Virus record (IMG/VR): IMGVR_UViG_3300045988_013649
Location: 1 to 20,455 of that record
Source of the DNA: a virus
Length of the DNA stretch: 20,455 bases
Reading direction: 5' to 3' (one strand)
In this document: piece by piece, positions 1 through 8,158 of the stretch
Numbering within the stretch: position 1 is the stretch's first letter
Layout: each line of letters begins with the position of its first letter
Made by a program: the position numbers and the translations under genes
Notes under the pieces: generated by a model
Told to the model about the DNA's origin: nothing
What the model saw: only the letters and a program-made list of their open reading frames with translations
The model's database searches: none

Positions 1-28
1 TGGGCTCGGAGATGTGTATAAGAGACAG
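1..28. other. Illumina Nextera transposase adapter (library artefact)
   Basis: Bases 1-28, TGGGCTCGGAGATGTGTATAAGAGACAG, equal the 3' part of the Nextera Read-2 adapter. The 19-nt Tn5 mosaic end AGATGTGTATAAGAGACAG lies at 10-28. Confidence 0.97.
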
Positions 29-1914
29 TCACTGACTTTGCTCCATATATTTGTTGCTACAGTTAAGATAACAGACCAAATATTCGCTACGATTGTAGCT
101 ATGATTTCTACAATCGGCATGATAAATCCTAGTATAGTTGCAATAGCCGTTCCAACATATGTGATTACTGTACTTATAAATGAAATAATCCCACTTACAA
201 CACTTCCTACAACTGTTAGAATAGATGTTATTACAGGAATCATTTCAGTTATCACTGAGATAATCTTTTGAATAATTGCTAGAATCGGTGGTCCTACTAC
301 TGTAAGAATCTTTTGTGCTTGATTCACAATGTTTTGAATAACTTCAATAATCTTGCTTAATATATCTTTTGCGATAGGTTCAAGTGCAACTTTCATCTGC
401 TCAATTGCTTTTTTTACTTCATCAAATGCAGGCTTTAAGACTTTGGAAACTTGGTTAACGATATTTGTGATTCCACTTGTATCAATGCTACCAAATACGC
501 TTGAAATAACTTCACCGACTTTGGCAAACCCTTTTTGAATATCTTGTATAGCTAATGTAATTAATACAATGATACCGGAAAGAATAGGGGTAATAAGTTC
601 GCCGATTGGAGTAAATGAATCAAGAAATGCACGTCCTAAACCACTTAAAGCGTTCTTTAAGCCACCGTTTGCGATAGCCTTAACCTTATCCATTGTTCCG
701 GCTACATTGTTATATTCATCACCTACAGATGATAAAGATGTAATAAACTTAAGGTTGAAATCTTCTCCCATTGTGCCGAATGCAATACTTGCTTTGTTTA
801 ATGCTTCTTGTTGATTTGTTGTTTCCTTAATATCTTGGATGATTGCGTCTTGCACATCTTTTTGTGTTGCGCCACCTTCTTTATATGCTTGGAAAACTTC
901 TTTTGTCTTATCATTGAAACTATCTAATGATTTTTCGATAGTTCCGTCTGACATTCTTGTAGTAATTTCATTTACTGCGTCATGCGCTTTATCAAGGTTA
1001 TAAGAACCACTTTTTACACCATTTGTAATAGTTTGTAAATATTCTTCTGCCGAATATCCTGCTTGCTTGAATTTACCTGCGTATTCTGCAATATTATCAC
1101 CTAATTCTCCGGAATAATCCAAACCATTCTGAGCACCTTTTGCTATAAGGTCAAAAGCTTTTTCGGAACTGATTCCAAATTGTTCCATTAATTGTTTCGC
1201 ACCTCTTAAGGTCTCATTCTCATCCATTCCATAAGCGTCTCTTAATGTAATCAAATCCTCGGTCACATTCTTTAGGTCAACATCACTTATGCCTTGCATT
1301 TGTTGCTTGACTCTGCCCATCATATCGGCAACATCTGAAATATCTTCACCGAAATTATTAGACCAAACATCACGAGCAATGTTTTTAAATTTATTCATTT
1401 CATTACTTGAAGCACCTGTTTGAGCTTGGAATTTAGCCATAGCGTCATCTAATTCCATGGCTTGATTAACACCTGTCTTAATTGCTAATGCCATGCCACC
1501 GATAGCTCCTGCCACGGCAGTAACACCAACAACTCCACCAACGCCTAATCCTGTTAATGTTTCTGTGATTGCAGTAGCTTCCGGACTAATATTCTGAATC
1601 TTTCCTAATAGTCCGTCAAATCCACCTTGAATTGATTCTAATGCACTATTACCTACTTGTTTAAATACATCAAATTTAGAACCTGTTTCTGTTGTTTCTG
1701 TCTGTGTATTCTTTTGTTCGCTATTTAGCTTTCTTAATTCATCCGTAATCTTTGGTGGTGCTTTTGAACCCTCAGAACCTAACTTATCTATCGCATTTGA
1801 AGTATCTTTAATAGCATTTGTAGCTTTATTTGATACATCACTAACCGATTTAATACCATTTTCAAGACCACTTGTATCTATCTTTGTATCAAACTTTAAT
1901 GTTCCATCTGCTAT
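29..1914 (-). CDS. tail tape measure protein, C-terminally truncated by the contig edge
   Basis: I translated the minus frame from 1914 to base 1 and found no stop in 638 codons. It is absent from the ORF track because no stop is reached. The product reads ADGTLKFDTKIDTSGLENG...MELDDAMAKFQAQTGASSNEMNKF...GYSAEEYLQTITNGVKSGSYNLDKAHDAVNEITTRM. It has a Gly/Ala/Val TM-like segment and a long hydrophobic helical tail, and it lies downstream of the chaperone pair. The first 133 codons contain no ATG/GTG/TTG. ATA at 1912-1914 follows an in-frame TGA (1915-1917), with SD AAGGAGGTG at 1924-1932. Confidence 0.85.
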
Positions 1915-1934
1915 TCAATTTGCCACCTCCTTTT

Positions 1935-2498
1935 CTAAACATCAAAATATGAATCAAATTCATCTTTCATTTCTTGCTCCTCTAGAGTTAACTCGATTGG
2001 GAAAGACCATGCTTCTTTTGCTCTTTGATATGCTTTATCTTGTGTATCATTCTTTGAAGGCTTTTCGTACCCTCTAACACTCTTTGCATATCCCCACAAT
2101 GTAGAATCACCAACGATATTATTCGCCAATGCTAAGAACTTGTGCCAATGCATATCACATTCCGTTAAATCAATGCCGTAAAGTTGCATAAATGCCGAAT
2201 AAATATATTCCCCATCATGTACATAGTCTAATGTCTTAACGCCTGTAGAATCACTTCTAGGCGTACTAGAAGGGTTATATAAGAATTGCTCTAACTCTTT
2301 TAAAATATGCCCGTCTATGATAGGTGGTTCATCTACGAATAAATAAGAGCAATCTATTTCATCAACAACATGATTGTTGAATCGTTCTAATTCTTCATAG
2401 AATCGAATCCACAATCGAAAATCTGTATTTAATAAAATAGGCTCGCCATCTAGCGATTGTATGCTATTTGGCAAGCCTTTTATGCGTAAATCAATCAT
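1935..2498 (-). CDS. Gp15-like tail assembly chaperone (second chaperone ORF)
   Basis: This is a 187-aa ORF with an ATG start, overlapping the upstream stop as ATGA. It lies immediately upstream of the tape measure gene. The motif LLNTDFRLWIRFYEEL resembles the Phage_Gp15 family as I recall it. Confidence 0.7.
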   Translation of the reverse strand: MIDLRIKGLPNSIQSLDGEPILLNTDFRLWIRFYEELERFNNHVVDEIDCSYLFVDEPPIIDGHILKELEQFLYNPSSTPRSDSTGVKTLDYVHDGEYIYSAFMQLYGIDLTECDMHWHKFLALANNIVGDSTLWGYAKSVRGYEKPSKNDTQDKAYQRAKEAWSFPIELTLEEQEMKDEFDSYFDV

Positions 2499-2857
2499 TT
2501 CTTCGCCGAAATGCTAGAAACAGTCTTGCTTGCGTCAAGAAATTGCTTCATTCCATTTGTTCCGAATGTTGTTTTTAATTTCTTTTCTAACTGTTCAACC
2601 GTTTTCTTTGAATATTCATCATCAATCAAATTGACAATATACAATACTTCCATCAAATCAACTTGTTCAAAATCTGCACTTCCTAACATGCTTTCAATTT
2701 GTTCATCTGTTAATACTGTTTTCAGATAGTCGAATTTAGCTCGATATGCTTCTTCATGTGTAGCGTGAAATGCGTTACAAGCGTCCTCTGCTTTTAATAC
2801 TTCAATAGTCTTAGTTGGGATTTCATACTGTTTCCCTTCATATGTGATTCTATTCAT
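2495..2857 (-). CDS. tail assembly chaperone (gpG position)
   Basis: This is a 120-aa acidic ORF with an ATG start and SD AAGAGGT 5 nt upstream. It sits between the major tail gene and the Gp15-like gene. The function is assigned by position. Confidence 0.6.
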   Translation of the reverse strand: MNRITYEGKQYEIPTKTIEVLKAEDACNAFHATHEEAYRAKFDYLKTVLTDEQIESMLGSADFEQVDLMEVLYIVNLIDDEYSKKTVEQLEKKLKTTFGTNGMKQFLDASKTVSSISAKK

Positions 2858-2875
2858 GATTTACCTCTTCTTTCT

Positions 2876-3382
2876 TTATACTTCTGATGTACCTTCTGTA
2901 AATGTTACTGTTCCATCTGCTACCTTTGCAGTACCGACACGAATATCACTTGCAAAGTTAATGTTGAAGTTGATTTTTGAATCGACACCACTTAATGTGT
3001 CAAAGATTAATTTAGTGTCAACTTCCCACGCTTTATATCCTTTTGTTTTGTCTCCGTCAAACATGAATACAAGTAAAGCTTTTGTGTTTACTTCTTCATT
3101 GTCCGGAACGGATTTCATCATTTTTTCATAGATGTATTCGAAATCATCTTCACCTTTAATCATTGTTAAATCTTGTGCAATCTGAGGTGAATAACTCTTC
3201 AATGATTCTGTAGGATTCTTATCTGCGATAAAGTCATATGTCTCCGTTTCACTGTTAAATGAAATATCCAAAGTTGTAGACTTCTTGATACGCTTGTACC
3301 CTGTTCCCATTTCCAAGAACAAACCAATCATATACTTTTTGACTGTTTGTCCTACGCTTACTTCAGTTCCTTGAGTTGTTAT
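2876..3382 (-). CDS. major tail protein (start placed at ATA 3380-3382)
   Basis: The track ORF is 2876..3331, but its ATG has no SD. The frame is open back to 3385, just after an in-frame TAA at 3386-3388. SD AAAGGAG (3391-3397) lies 8 nt before the ATA. The product is a beta-rich ~168-aa protein in the canonical tail-tube position. Confidence 0.75.
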   Translation of the reverse strand: MTTQGTEVSVGQTVKKYMIGLFLEMGTGYKRIKKSTTLDISFNSETETYDFIADKNPTESLKSYSPQIAQDLTMIKGEDDFEYIYEKMMKSVPDNEEVNTKALLVFMFDGDKTKGYKAWEVDTKLIFDTLSGVDSKINFNINFASDIRVGTAKVADGTVTFTEGTSEV

Positions 3383-3801
3383 TAATTAAGCTCCTTTCTG
3401 TATTTAATTTGAATAGTTAATGCATATACTGCTTGACTATCCTCATTTGTGTATAGATATAAACCACTTGAAACGGAAACATCATCACAATATTTGTTTC
3501 CGTCTAGTTGTGGTAATTCTCCATTTAAATTCTTTTCGTCAATCCATTCTCCTAATTCTTCTAAGAAGGAATTGTTGTCTTGTCTCTCGGATTCAATCTG
3601 TGTATTCCTACGTGCTAGAAACGTATAGTATTCAGTACGCATTTGAGAGCCGTCAATGTATGTATCTACAATTGCGTTAGGTTCTTTGTATAACGCATAA
3701 GAGATAGCTTGTTGCGCTAAAACATCCGTTTCAATACGTTCATCTATCTGTATATTTCCATATCCATATAGCCATTGAATCAACGCTTTTGATACTGTCA
3801 T
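3382..3801 (-). CDS. neck / tail-completion protein (position-based)
   Basis: This is a 139-aa ORF with an ATG in an ATGA overlap with the upstream gene. SD GGAGGT lies 5 nt upstream. It is the last of four small genes between the capsid and tail tube genes. Confidence 0.6.
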   Translation of the reverse strand: MTVSKALIQWLYGYGNIQIDERIETDVLAQQAISYALYKEPNAIVDTYIDGSQMRTEYYTFLARRNTQIESERQDNNSFLEELGEWIDEKNLNGELPQLDGNKYCDDVSVSSGLYLYTNEDSQAVYALTIQIKYRKELN

Positions 3802-4160
3802 TCACTACCTCCTATCATTTGTTGTGCTTTCTTTAAGATTGTTTCTGCTCCGCCATTTCGCATAGCTTTTTCAAACCAATGGTCTGTTTTACCACCAACG
3901 AAATGAGCGCCCTCTTTGTTGTAATACCAACGTCTTGCATATGGAGCACTTGGTCCACCTTGCTTTACTAATCCGCTACCGATTTGAGTATTTCTTGTAG
4001 CCGAGTTGATTAATGCTCCTGTATCTCTAGGCGTATAAGGGGACATAAGCCTAATGACTTCAGAATCAATCATTTGTTGAACTCGTCCACGTTCTTCAAG
4101 TCCTCTTGATTGCTTAATTTGGGGAATTGATTCAACATCAAGTTTGACTTTCATTCCTAT
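3798..4160 (-). CDS. HK97 gp10-like head-tail joining protein
   Basis: The sequence MKVKLDVESIPQIKQ...SPYTPRDTGALINS...YARRWYYN fits the gp10-family pattern (P..TG.L..S). The start is either ATG at 4152-4154, 16 nt from GGGAGG, or ATA at 4158-4160, 10 nt from the SD and overlapping the upstream TAG as ATAG. The track start at 4232 is nested in the upstream gene. Confidence 0.65.
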   Translation of the reverse strand: MGMKVKLDVESIPQIKQSRGLEERGRVQQMIDSEVIRLMSPYTPRDTGALINSATRNTQIGSGLVKQGGPSAPYARRWYYNKEGAHFVGGKTDHWFEKAMRNGGAETILKKAQQMIGGSE

Positions 4161-4576
4161 TGACCGACAACCTCCCAATGCTTCAACATATCGACATTCG
4201 TACAATCTGTAACACTTTGAATCGTTGTCCATTTGTATTTCTTTTTAGCTTCATTGATTGATTTAATGTTAGATAAATCTTCTTCTACTTCTCCAAAGAA
4301 TACAAAATCTGTCTTATCTGTATTCAATGTGAAATGCTTTTGTTTCTCATCATTTGAAAGCTTTGCATATACGTAAGGTTCAACATATCCCTCACGATAT
4401 AGAATGGTAATATTTGTGGATGTGGCTATGCTCAGAATATTACCATTTGCAGTTCTAACAGTTGATTGTCTCCACATACATTTATCAAGTATAGAAGCTT
4501 GAAACCTATCTTCTCTTGTCAATGTGTCGTAGTAGTGATTTACAAGTGTAATTGAATCTTCAAAGAATCCTATCAT
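4157..4576 (-). CDS. head-closure / head-tail adaptor protein (position-based)
   Basis: The ATG at 4574-4576 forms an ATGA overlap with the upstream stop at 4573-4575. The product is 139 aa and begins MIGFFEDSITLVNHYYD. The track start at 4621 would overlap the upstream gene by 49 nt. Confidence 0.6.
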   Translation of the reverse strand: MIGFFEDSITLVNHYYDTLTREDRFQASILDKCMWRQSTVRTANGNILSIATSTNITILYREGYVEPYVYAKLSNDEKQKHFTLNTDKTDFVFFGEVEEDLSNIKSINEAKKKYKWTTIQSVTDCTNVDMLKHWEVVGQ

Positions 4577-4920
4577 AATGCAATCCATCTTTCTTTCATT
4601 AAATCTGTATCGCCTAGCCAAAAGGCTATAATATCCTCAAGCGTGTTTCTTTTGTCTGAATGAGTAGTGTTTATAAAGCTTTTGGAATATCCACCATTTG
4701 AAATACTTGATACACCATCAATTGAATCTTGAAAGATTACATTGTTTAAAACATCACAGATACAATCTTTTAGAGTGCTTTCGTTCTGTTCGTTAATAGA
4801 ATCAACATTCACGTACTTCAATACCATTGCTTCGGCTTTGTAAGAATACTGATTGAATTGATTTTCATCGAATTTAGGAAAATGGGAATTGTAATATTCC
4901 CAATCTAAAATATTGTTCAT
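4573..4920 (-). CDS. head-tail connector protein (position-based)
   Basis: The ATG is at 4918-4920 with SD AGGGGG 7 nt upstream. The product is 115 aa and begins MNNILDWEYYNSHFPKF. It is the first gene after the major capsid gene. Confidence 0.6.
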   Translation of the reverse strand: MNNILDWEYYNSHFPKFDENQFNQYSYKAEAMVLKYVNVDSINEQNESTLKDCICDVLNNVIFQDSIDGVSSISNGGYSKSFINTTHSDKRNTLEDIIAFWLGDTDLMKERWIAL

Positions 4921-5016
4921 TTTACAACCCCCTTTAATGCTATTTTTCTTTTTGAGGTTTACCTTTTTTAGGCTTTTCAACTTTAGAAGGATAACCCCAT
5001 CCAATTTCTGTAGCCA

Positions 5017-5886
5017 TTACTTAGCACTAGCAGATAAGTAAATACCTGCTACCTTATTTGCGTATACATCAACGATTCCATACTTACGATATTTCAATAC
5101 ATCTGAATCTGATTCAATGTTATTGCTTGCAGGAATTACATTTGAAACGGTGTGTTTATCCCATTTCATTACGGCAGGTTTATGAACAATCAAGAAGTTG
5201 ATTACGTGTCCATCTTCTGCCTTTTCGTATCCGCCATCTAACTCTGTATCTTTTCCACTCAACAATTTGATTTTTGTATAGAAACGACTAGCAGGTACAG
5301 GAACAACTTTTGCGAATCCTTGTAAAGCTTCACGAGATTTGTATGTATCTAATGCCTTAACGCCATTTAATAATGTAGGTGTAGCATACAAGATACGTTG
5401 TTCGCTAGGAACTTCATCTTCATCCATTTTAGTAGTTGCCGTTAATAATGCGCTCAAGAACTCTTCTGAAGTTGTATAATCTTCGGCAACTGTTGTGATT
5501 CCTGTTGTTCCGGCAATTTTAGCAAATGTATAAGCGTCTGCTTCCGGTGCTACCTTTGTACGCATTAATTCTGCTCCTGCCATACCGAACGCAATATTCA
5601 TTGATTCGGCATTGTCTTGTGTATCGACTGAGATTTTAGTTCCTCTATCATAGTCGAATGTAGCAGTTTTCCATTCTAACTTAACTGAGTTACCTGTATA
5701 ACCACTATTTCTATCATAGTTTCCTAAACCTTTGACTGAAATTTGTGGATAGATGATTTCTTTTGCGTTCGCTCCTGCTCGTACCATTGTAGCGTCTGCA
5801 TTTAAATCACCTGTTACTGAAGCTAACTTATACACCTCATCTAGATTTGAGACATACGTTTTAGCTAGTGCAATTTGATTTGGTAT
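5017..5886 (-). CDS. major capsid protein (start placed at ATA 5884-5886)
   Basis: The track ORF starts at GTG 5835, which has no SD. The frame is open to 5889, after an in-frame TAA at 5890-5892. SD AAGGAGG (5896-5902) lies 9 nt before the ATA. The extended N-terminus is IPNQIALAKTYVSNLDEVYKLASVTGDL. The body (GLGNYDRNSGYTGNSVKLEWKTATFDYDRGTKISVDTQDNAES) looks like a Firmicutes-phage capsid family, and the gene follows the scaffold gene. Confidence 0.85.
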   Translation of the reverse strand: MPNQIALAKTYVSNLDEVYKLASVTGDLNADATMVRAGANAKEIIYPQISVKGLGNYDRNSGYTGNSVKLEWKTATFDYDRGTKISVDTQDNAESMNIAFGMAGAELMRTKVAPEADAYTFAKIAGTTGITTVAEDYTTSEEFLSALLTATTKMDEDEVPSEQRILYATPTLLNGVKALDTYKSREALQGFAKVVPVPASRFYTKIKLLSGKDTELDGGYEKAEDGHVINFLIVHKPAVMKWDKHTVSNVIPASNNIESDSDVLKYRKYGIVDVYANKVAGIYLSASAK

Positions 5887-5900
5887 TAATTAAATCCTCC

Positions 5901-6485
5901 TTATTTCTTTTCTGTAGTTAAACCCATTGCTTGTCGCAATAATAAATCTTCGGCGTTTGGGTTTTCTCCTTGCCCACTGCTTCCAACGATATTTCCTGTT
6001 GCAGTAGGTCCTTTCTGTTCTTCTTCAAATAAGATTGGCTTATTTTCTTTCAAAGTCTTGAAAGCCTTGTCAATATCATTTGTTTGGTCTTTGGAATTTA
6101 GTAAATCATCATAATTGAATTGTGATTTTGCTAAATCGAAATCTTTACATCCGTATTCTTTAGCTTTTGCACTTAATACAGAATCAAGATTCATTTTGCT
6201 AATCTGAGTTTCATATGTAGTCTTTTGAGTGTCAATATCATTCGTCAATGTATTGATTTTATTTCTCAATTCTTCTACATCAACCCCATCATAGCTTTCC
6301 TTGAATTTATCAAAATTTTTTTGAATATCCTTTGCGTTGTTCTCTGCTAAAGATAGCTTTTCTTTTTGCTTATCGAACTCCGCAATCGTCTTATAGTTAT
6401 CATTTACTAGCTTTGTAACTGATTCCTCTTGTTCTTTGGTTAATTCAATGTTTGATTCTTTTAAAATTTCAATAATGTTTTTCAT
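5901..6485 (-). CDS. scaffolding protein
   Basis: This is a 194-aa acidic, coiled-coil protein with an ATG start and SD GGAGGG. It lies directly upstream of the capsid gene and resembles GP20-type scaffold proteins. Confidence 0.8.
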   Translation of the reverse strand: MKNIIEILKESNIELTKEQEESVTKLVNDNYKTIAEFDKQKEKLSLAENNAKDIQKNFDKFKESYDGVDVEELRNKINTLTNDIDTQKTTYETQISKMNLDSVLSAKAKEYGCKDFDLAKSQFNYDDLLNSKDQTNDIDKAFKTLKENKPILFEEEQKGPTATGNIVGSSGQGENPNAEDLLLRQAMGLTTEKK

Positions 6486-6562
6486 TTGCCCTCCTAAAGT
6501 ATTTTATAAACCGAATCTTCTCCGGTATGGTTTTGGCTAACTATATTTTAGCTTGAATAATA

Positions 6563-6577
6563 GCTCACAATGTGAGC
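6563..6577 (-). terminator. stem-loop GCTCAC-AUU-GUGAGC, 4 nt after the MuF-like stop (weak terminator or processing hairpin)
   Basis: The stem is a perfect 6-bp, G/C-containing stem. On the minus strand it is followed by TATTATT. The same stem sequence recurs at 15498-15512. Confidence 0.4.
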
Positions 6578-6580
6578 GTT

Positions 6581-7762
6581 TTAGCCAATTCTAAGCCTAT
6601 CGTTGTGAATTCTATCTCCCATTTCAGTACTGAAAGCTTTATACGTTGCATTTGCGTGTTTTAGCTTAATTTTTGCTTCTGTACTGCTTAATCCTTGATT
6701 GTCCAATAAGATTACTTCCCTTTTTAATGCTCTGATGTTTCTTTCAAGCTCTCTTTGATACTGTCTAGCTTTATATCCTTCATATTTTTTTCCTTGGAAT
6801 GTGAAAGGCTTTGTATCAATATTCTTTAACTGGTCTTTTGTGTAAGCGTAAGGCATATCAACATCCCAAACCGGTTGTGCAAAGTGTCTACATCCGTAAT
6901 CTTTTTCTTCTCCATGCGTTAACTCATACAAGCTAGGATATAGTTTCCCTTGCGTATCGTATCGTTTTCCTTGCCACTTCTTATGACTTGGACGTGCATT
7001 TGCGTGAGCGTCAAATTCATATACAGTAACTCCCAAATCTTTAGCACATTTATTGTTAATTTCTTGTGATGATTCCTTTTCTGCATACTGCATTTGTTGC
7101 CTTACCCATACATCCAAATTTCTTTTAACTCCTGTATCATATTCCACAATCTTTACGCCACTATTTGCTAACTTTGAAATAGCTTTTCTGCAAGAATCAT
7201 CAATCGTACATTTACCATCTACCACATTTTTAACTTCTTCTTGAACTACCTTTGTAAAGAATACAGGTAGTTTATCTTTACCGATTGCATATGTATTTGC
7301 GTTTGATTTAATGTACTTCTTCCAACGCTTTGCGGTATCTTTCTGTGGACTTCTATATAAATCCATTTTTAGTTTCTTTTTGACAGGTTTCCCACTTGCT
7401 TCTTTGATTAAATCAAGTGTACCTTGCTTATTTTCTTCAAAGTCCTTTTTCGATTCATTGATTACATCTTTTTTTAGACTTTTTGATTCTTTTTTTGTGA
7501 ATTTACGCAAATCTACTAGTGATTTTGCTAATATCTCATTAAATTTTGCGTTTTCTTCGGTGCTTTTTTCTAAAGCTTCACGAATTTTATTAGAAATGAA
7601 TATCATCATCCCTAATTCAAATACACTAGCACGCTTTACGCTTTTTCTTTCTCTTTCTTCAAGCTTTCTTCTTTTCTCAATCTGCTTTTGTAGACGTTCT
7701 TGTTTCCTTTGTTCTTGCCTTCTTTTACGTTCTTGTTCCCTTTGTTCTTCTTCGCTTAACAT
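6581..7762 (-). CDS. minor head protein, Mu F / SPP1 gp7-like (Phage_min_cap2-like C-terminus)
   Basis: This is a 393-aa ORF with an ATG start and SD AGGGGGT. It carries the motif DAHANARPSHKKWQGKRY, typical of the Mu F head-morphogenesis domain. The N-terminus is highly charged (EEEQREQERKRRQEQRK). Confidence 0.8.
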   Translation of the reverse strand: MLSEEEQREQERKRRQEQRKQERLQKQIEKRRKLEERERKSVKRASVFELGMMIFISNKIREALEKSTEENAKFNEILAKSLVDLRKFTKKESKSLKKDVINESKKDFEENKQGTLDLIKEASGKPVKKKLKMDLYRSPQKDTAKRWKKYIKSNANTYAIGKDKLPVFFTKVVQEEVKNVVDGKCTIDDSCRKAISKLANSGVKIVEYDTGVKRNLDVWVRQQMQYAEKESSQEINNKCAKDLGVTVYEFDAHANARPSHKKWQGKRYDTQGKLYPSLYELTHGEEKDYGCRHFAQPVWDVDMPYAYTKDQLKNIDTKPFTFQGKKYEGYKARQYQRELERNIRALKREVILLDNQGLSSTEAKIKLKHANATYKAFSTEMGDRIHNDRLRIG

Positions 7763-7781
7763 TTATATACCCCCTATAGAA

Positions 7782-7801
7782 AAAGGGCTTAAATGCCCTT
7801 T
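7782..7801 (-). terminator. rho-independent terminator after the fibre-like module
   Basis: On the minus strand the hairpin AAAGGGC-ATTTAA-GCCCTTT is followed by TTCTAT, so the U run is continuous with the stem. It lies between the XkdX-like stop (7811) and the MuF-like SD. Confidence 0.6.
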
Positions 7802-7810
7802 AAAACGCTT

Positions 7811-7966
7811 TTAAACTTCATTATTAAATTCAATTAATTCTTTATATTCTTTTTCGGTAAGCTTCCCTTTTTCAAAAGCTTGCTCAACCAAGAATAAATA
7901 TGAATCTTTGCTATACTTACCTTCGATAACTCTTTTCTTCTGATTACTCAAGATTCTGTACATCAT
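7811..7966 (-). CDS. XkdX-like small protein
   Basis: The internal ATG at 7964-7966 has SD GGAGGA 5 nt upstream. The product is 51 aa: MMYRILSNQKKRVIEGKYSKDSYLFLVEQAFEKGKLTEKEYKELIE. This matches the XkdX-family pattern (..KG.IT.EEY.EI) as I recall it. The track start at 7999 is nested in the upstream gene. Confidence 0.6.
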   Translation of the reverse strand: MMYRILSNQKKRVIEGKYSKDSYLFLVEQAFEKGKLTEKEYKELIEFNNEV

Positions 7967-8135
7967 TAACTTCCTCCGTTTCTTCCTCAGGTAATTCAAT
8001 ACCTGCCATGCATGCTACATACTGAGTGATGAATTTCTGATTTTCTAATTCGTCTTTTGTAGTTTGAACTTGTGAAGCTTGATACTCCTCTTGAGCTTGT
8101 CTTTCAATTGATGTCTCTAGTTGTTTGATTTTCAT
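7944..8135 (-). CDS. small acidic hypothetical protein (XkdW position)
   Basis: This is a 63-aa ORF with an ATG start and SD AAAGGAG 7 nt upstream. Confidence 0.6.
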   Translation of the reverse strand: MKIKQLETSIERQAQEEYQASQVQTTKDELENQKFITQYVACMAGIELPEEETEEVNDVQNLE

Positions 8136-8158
8136 TTAAAAGCTCCTTTCTATGCAAT

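Noticed and set aside
14-814. Plus-strand track ORFs 14..271, 353..538 and 569..814.
   Set aside because: They lie antisense to the uninterrupted 638-codon tape measure frame. They encode low-complexity Ile/Thr/Phe-rich sequence typical of shadow ORFs in AT-rich DNA, and they have no SD. The first begins inside the adapter. The same reasoning applies to every other plus-strand ORF in the track.
2495-2530. A canonical -1 programmed frameshift (gpG/gpGT) between the two chaperone ORFs.
   Set aside because: The downstream ORF is in the -1 frame, but the upstream gene ends ...ATT TCG GCG AAG AAA TGA with no X XXY YYZ slippery heptamer that I can see. The second ORF also has its own ATG in an ATGA overlap.
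4921-5004. An N-terminal extension of the connector gene from TTG 5004 (MDGVILLKLKSLKKVNLKKK...).
   Set aside because: The extension is low-complexity Lys/Leu sequence with no SD. The internal ATG at 4920 has AGGGGG 7 nt upstream.
6563-6577. Resemblance of GCTCACAATGTGAGC to lac-operator half-sites (AATTGTGAGC).
   Set aside because: The half-sites are in the opposite relative order to a LacI-type operator. The resemblance is short and no LacI-family gene is present. I treat the element as a hairpin or generic palindrome.
7967-7999. An N-terminal extension of the XkdX-like gene from ATG 7999.
   Set aside because: It would overlap the upstream gene by 56 nt. The ATG at 7966 has GGAGGA at ideal spacing.
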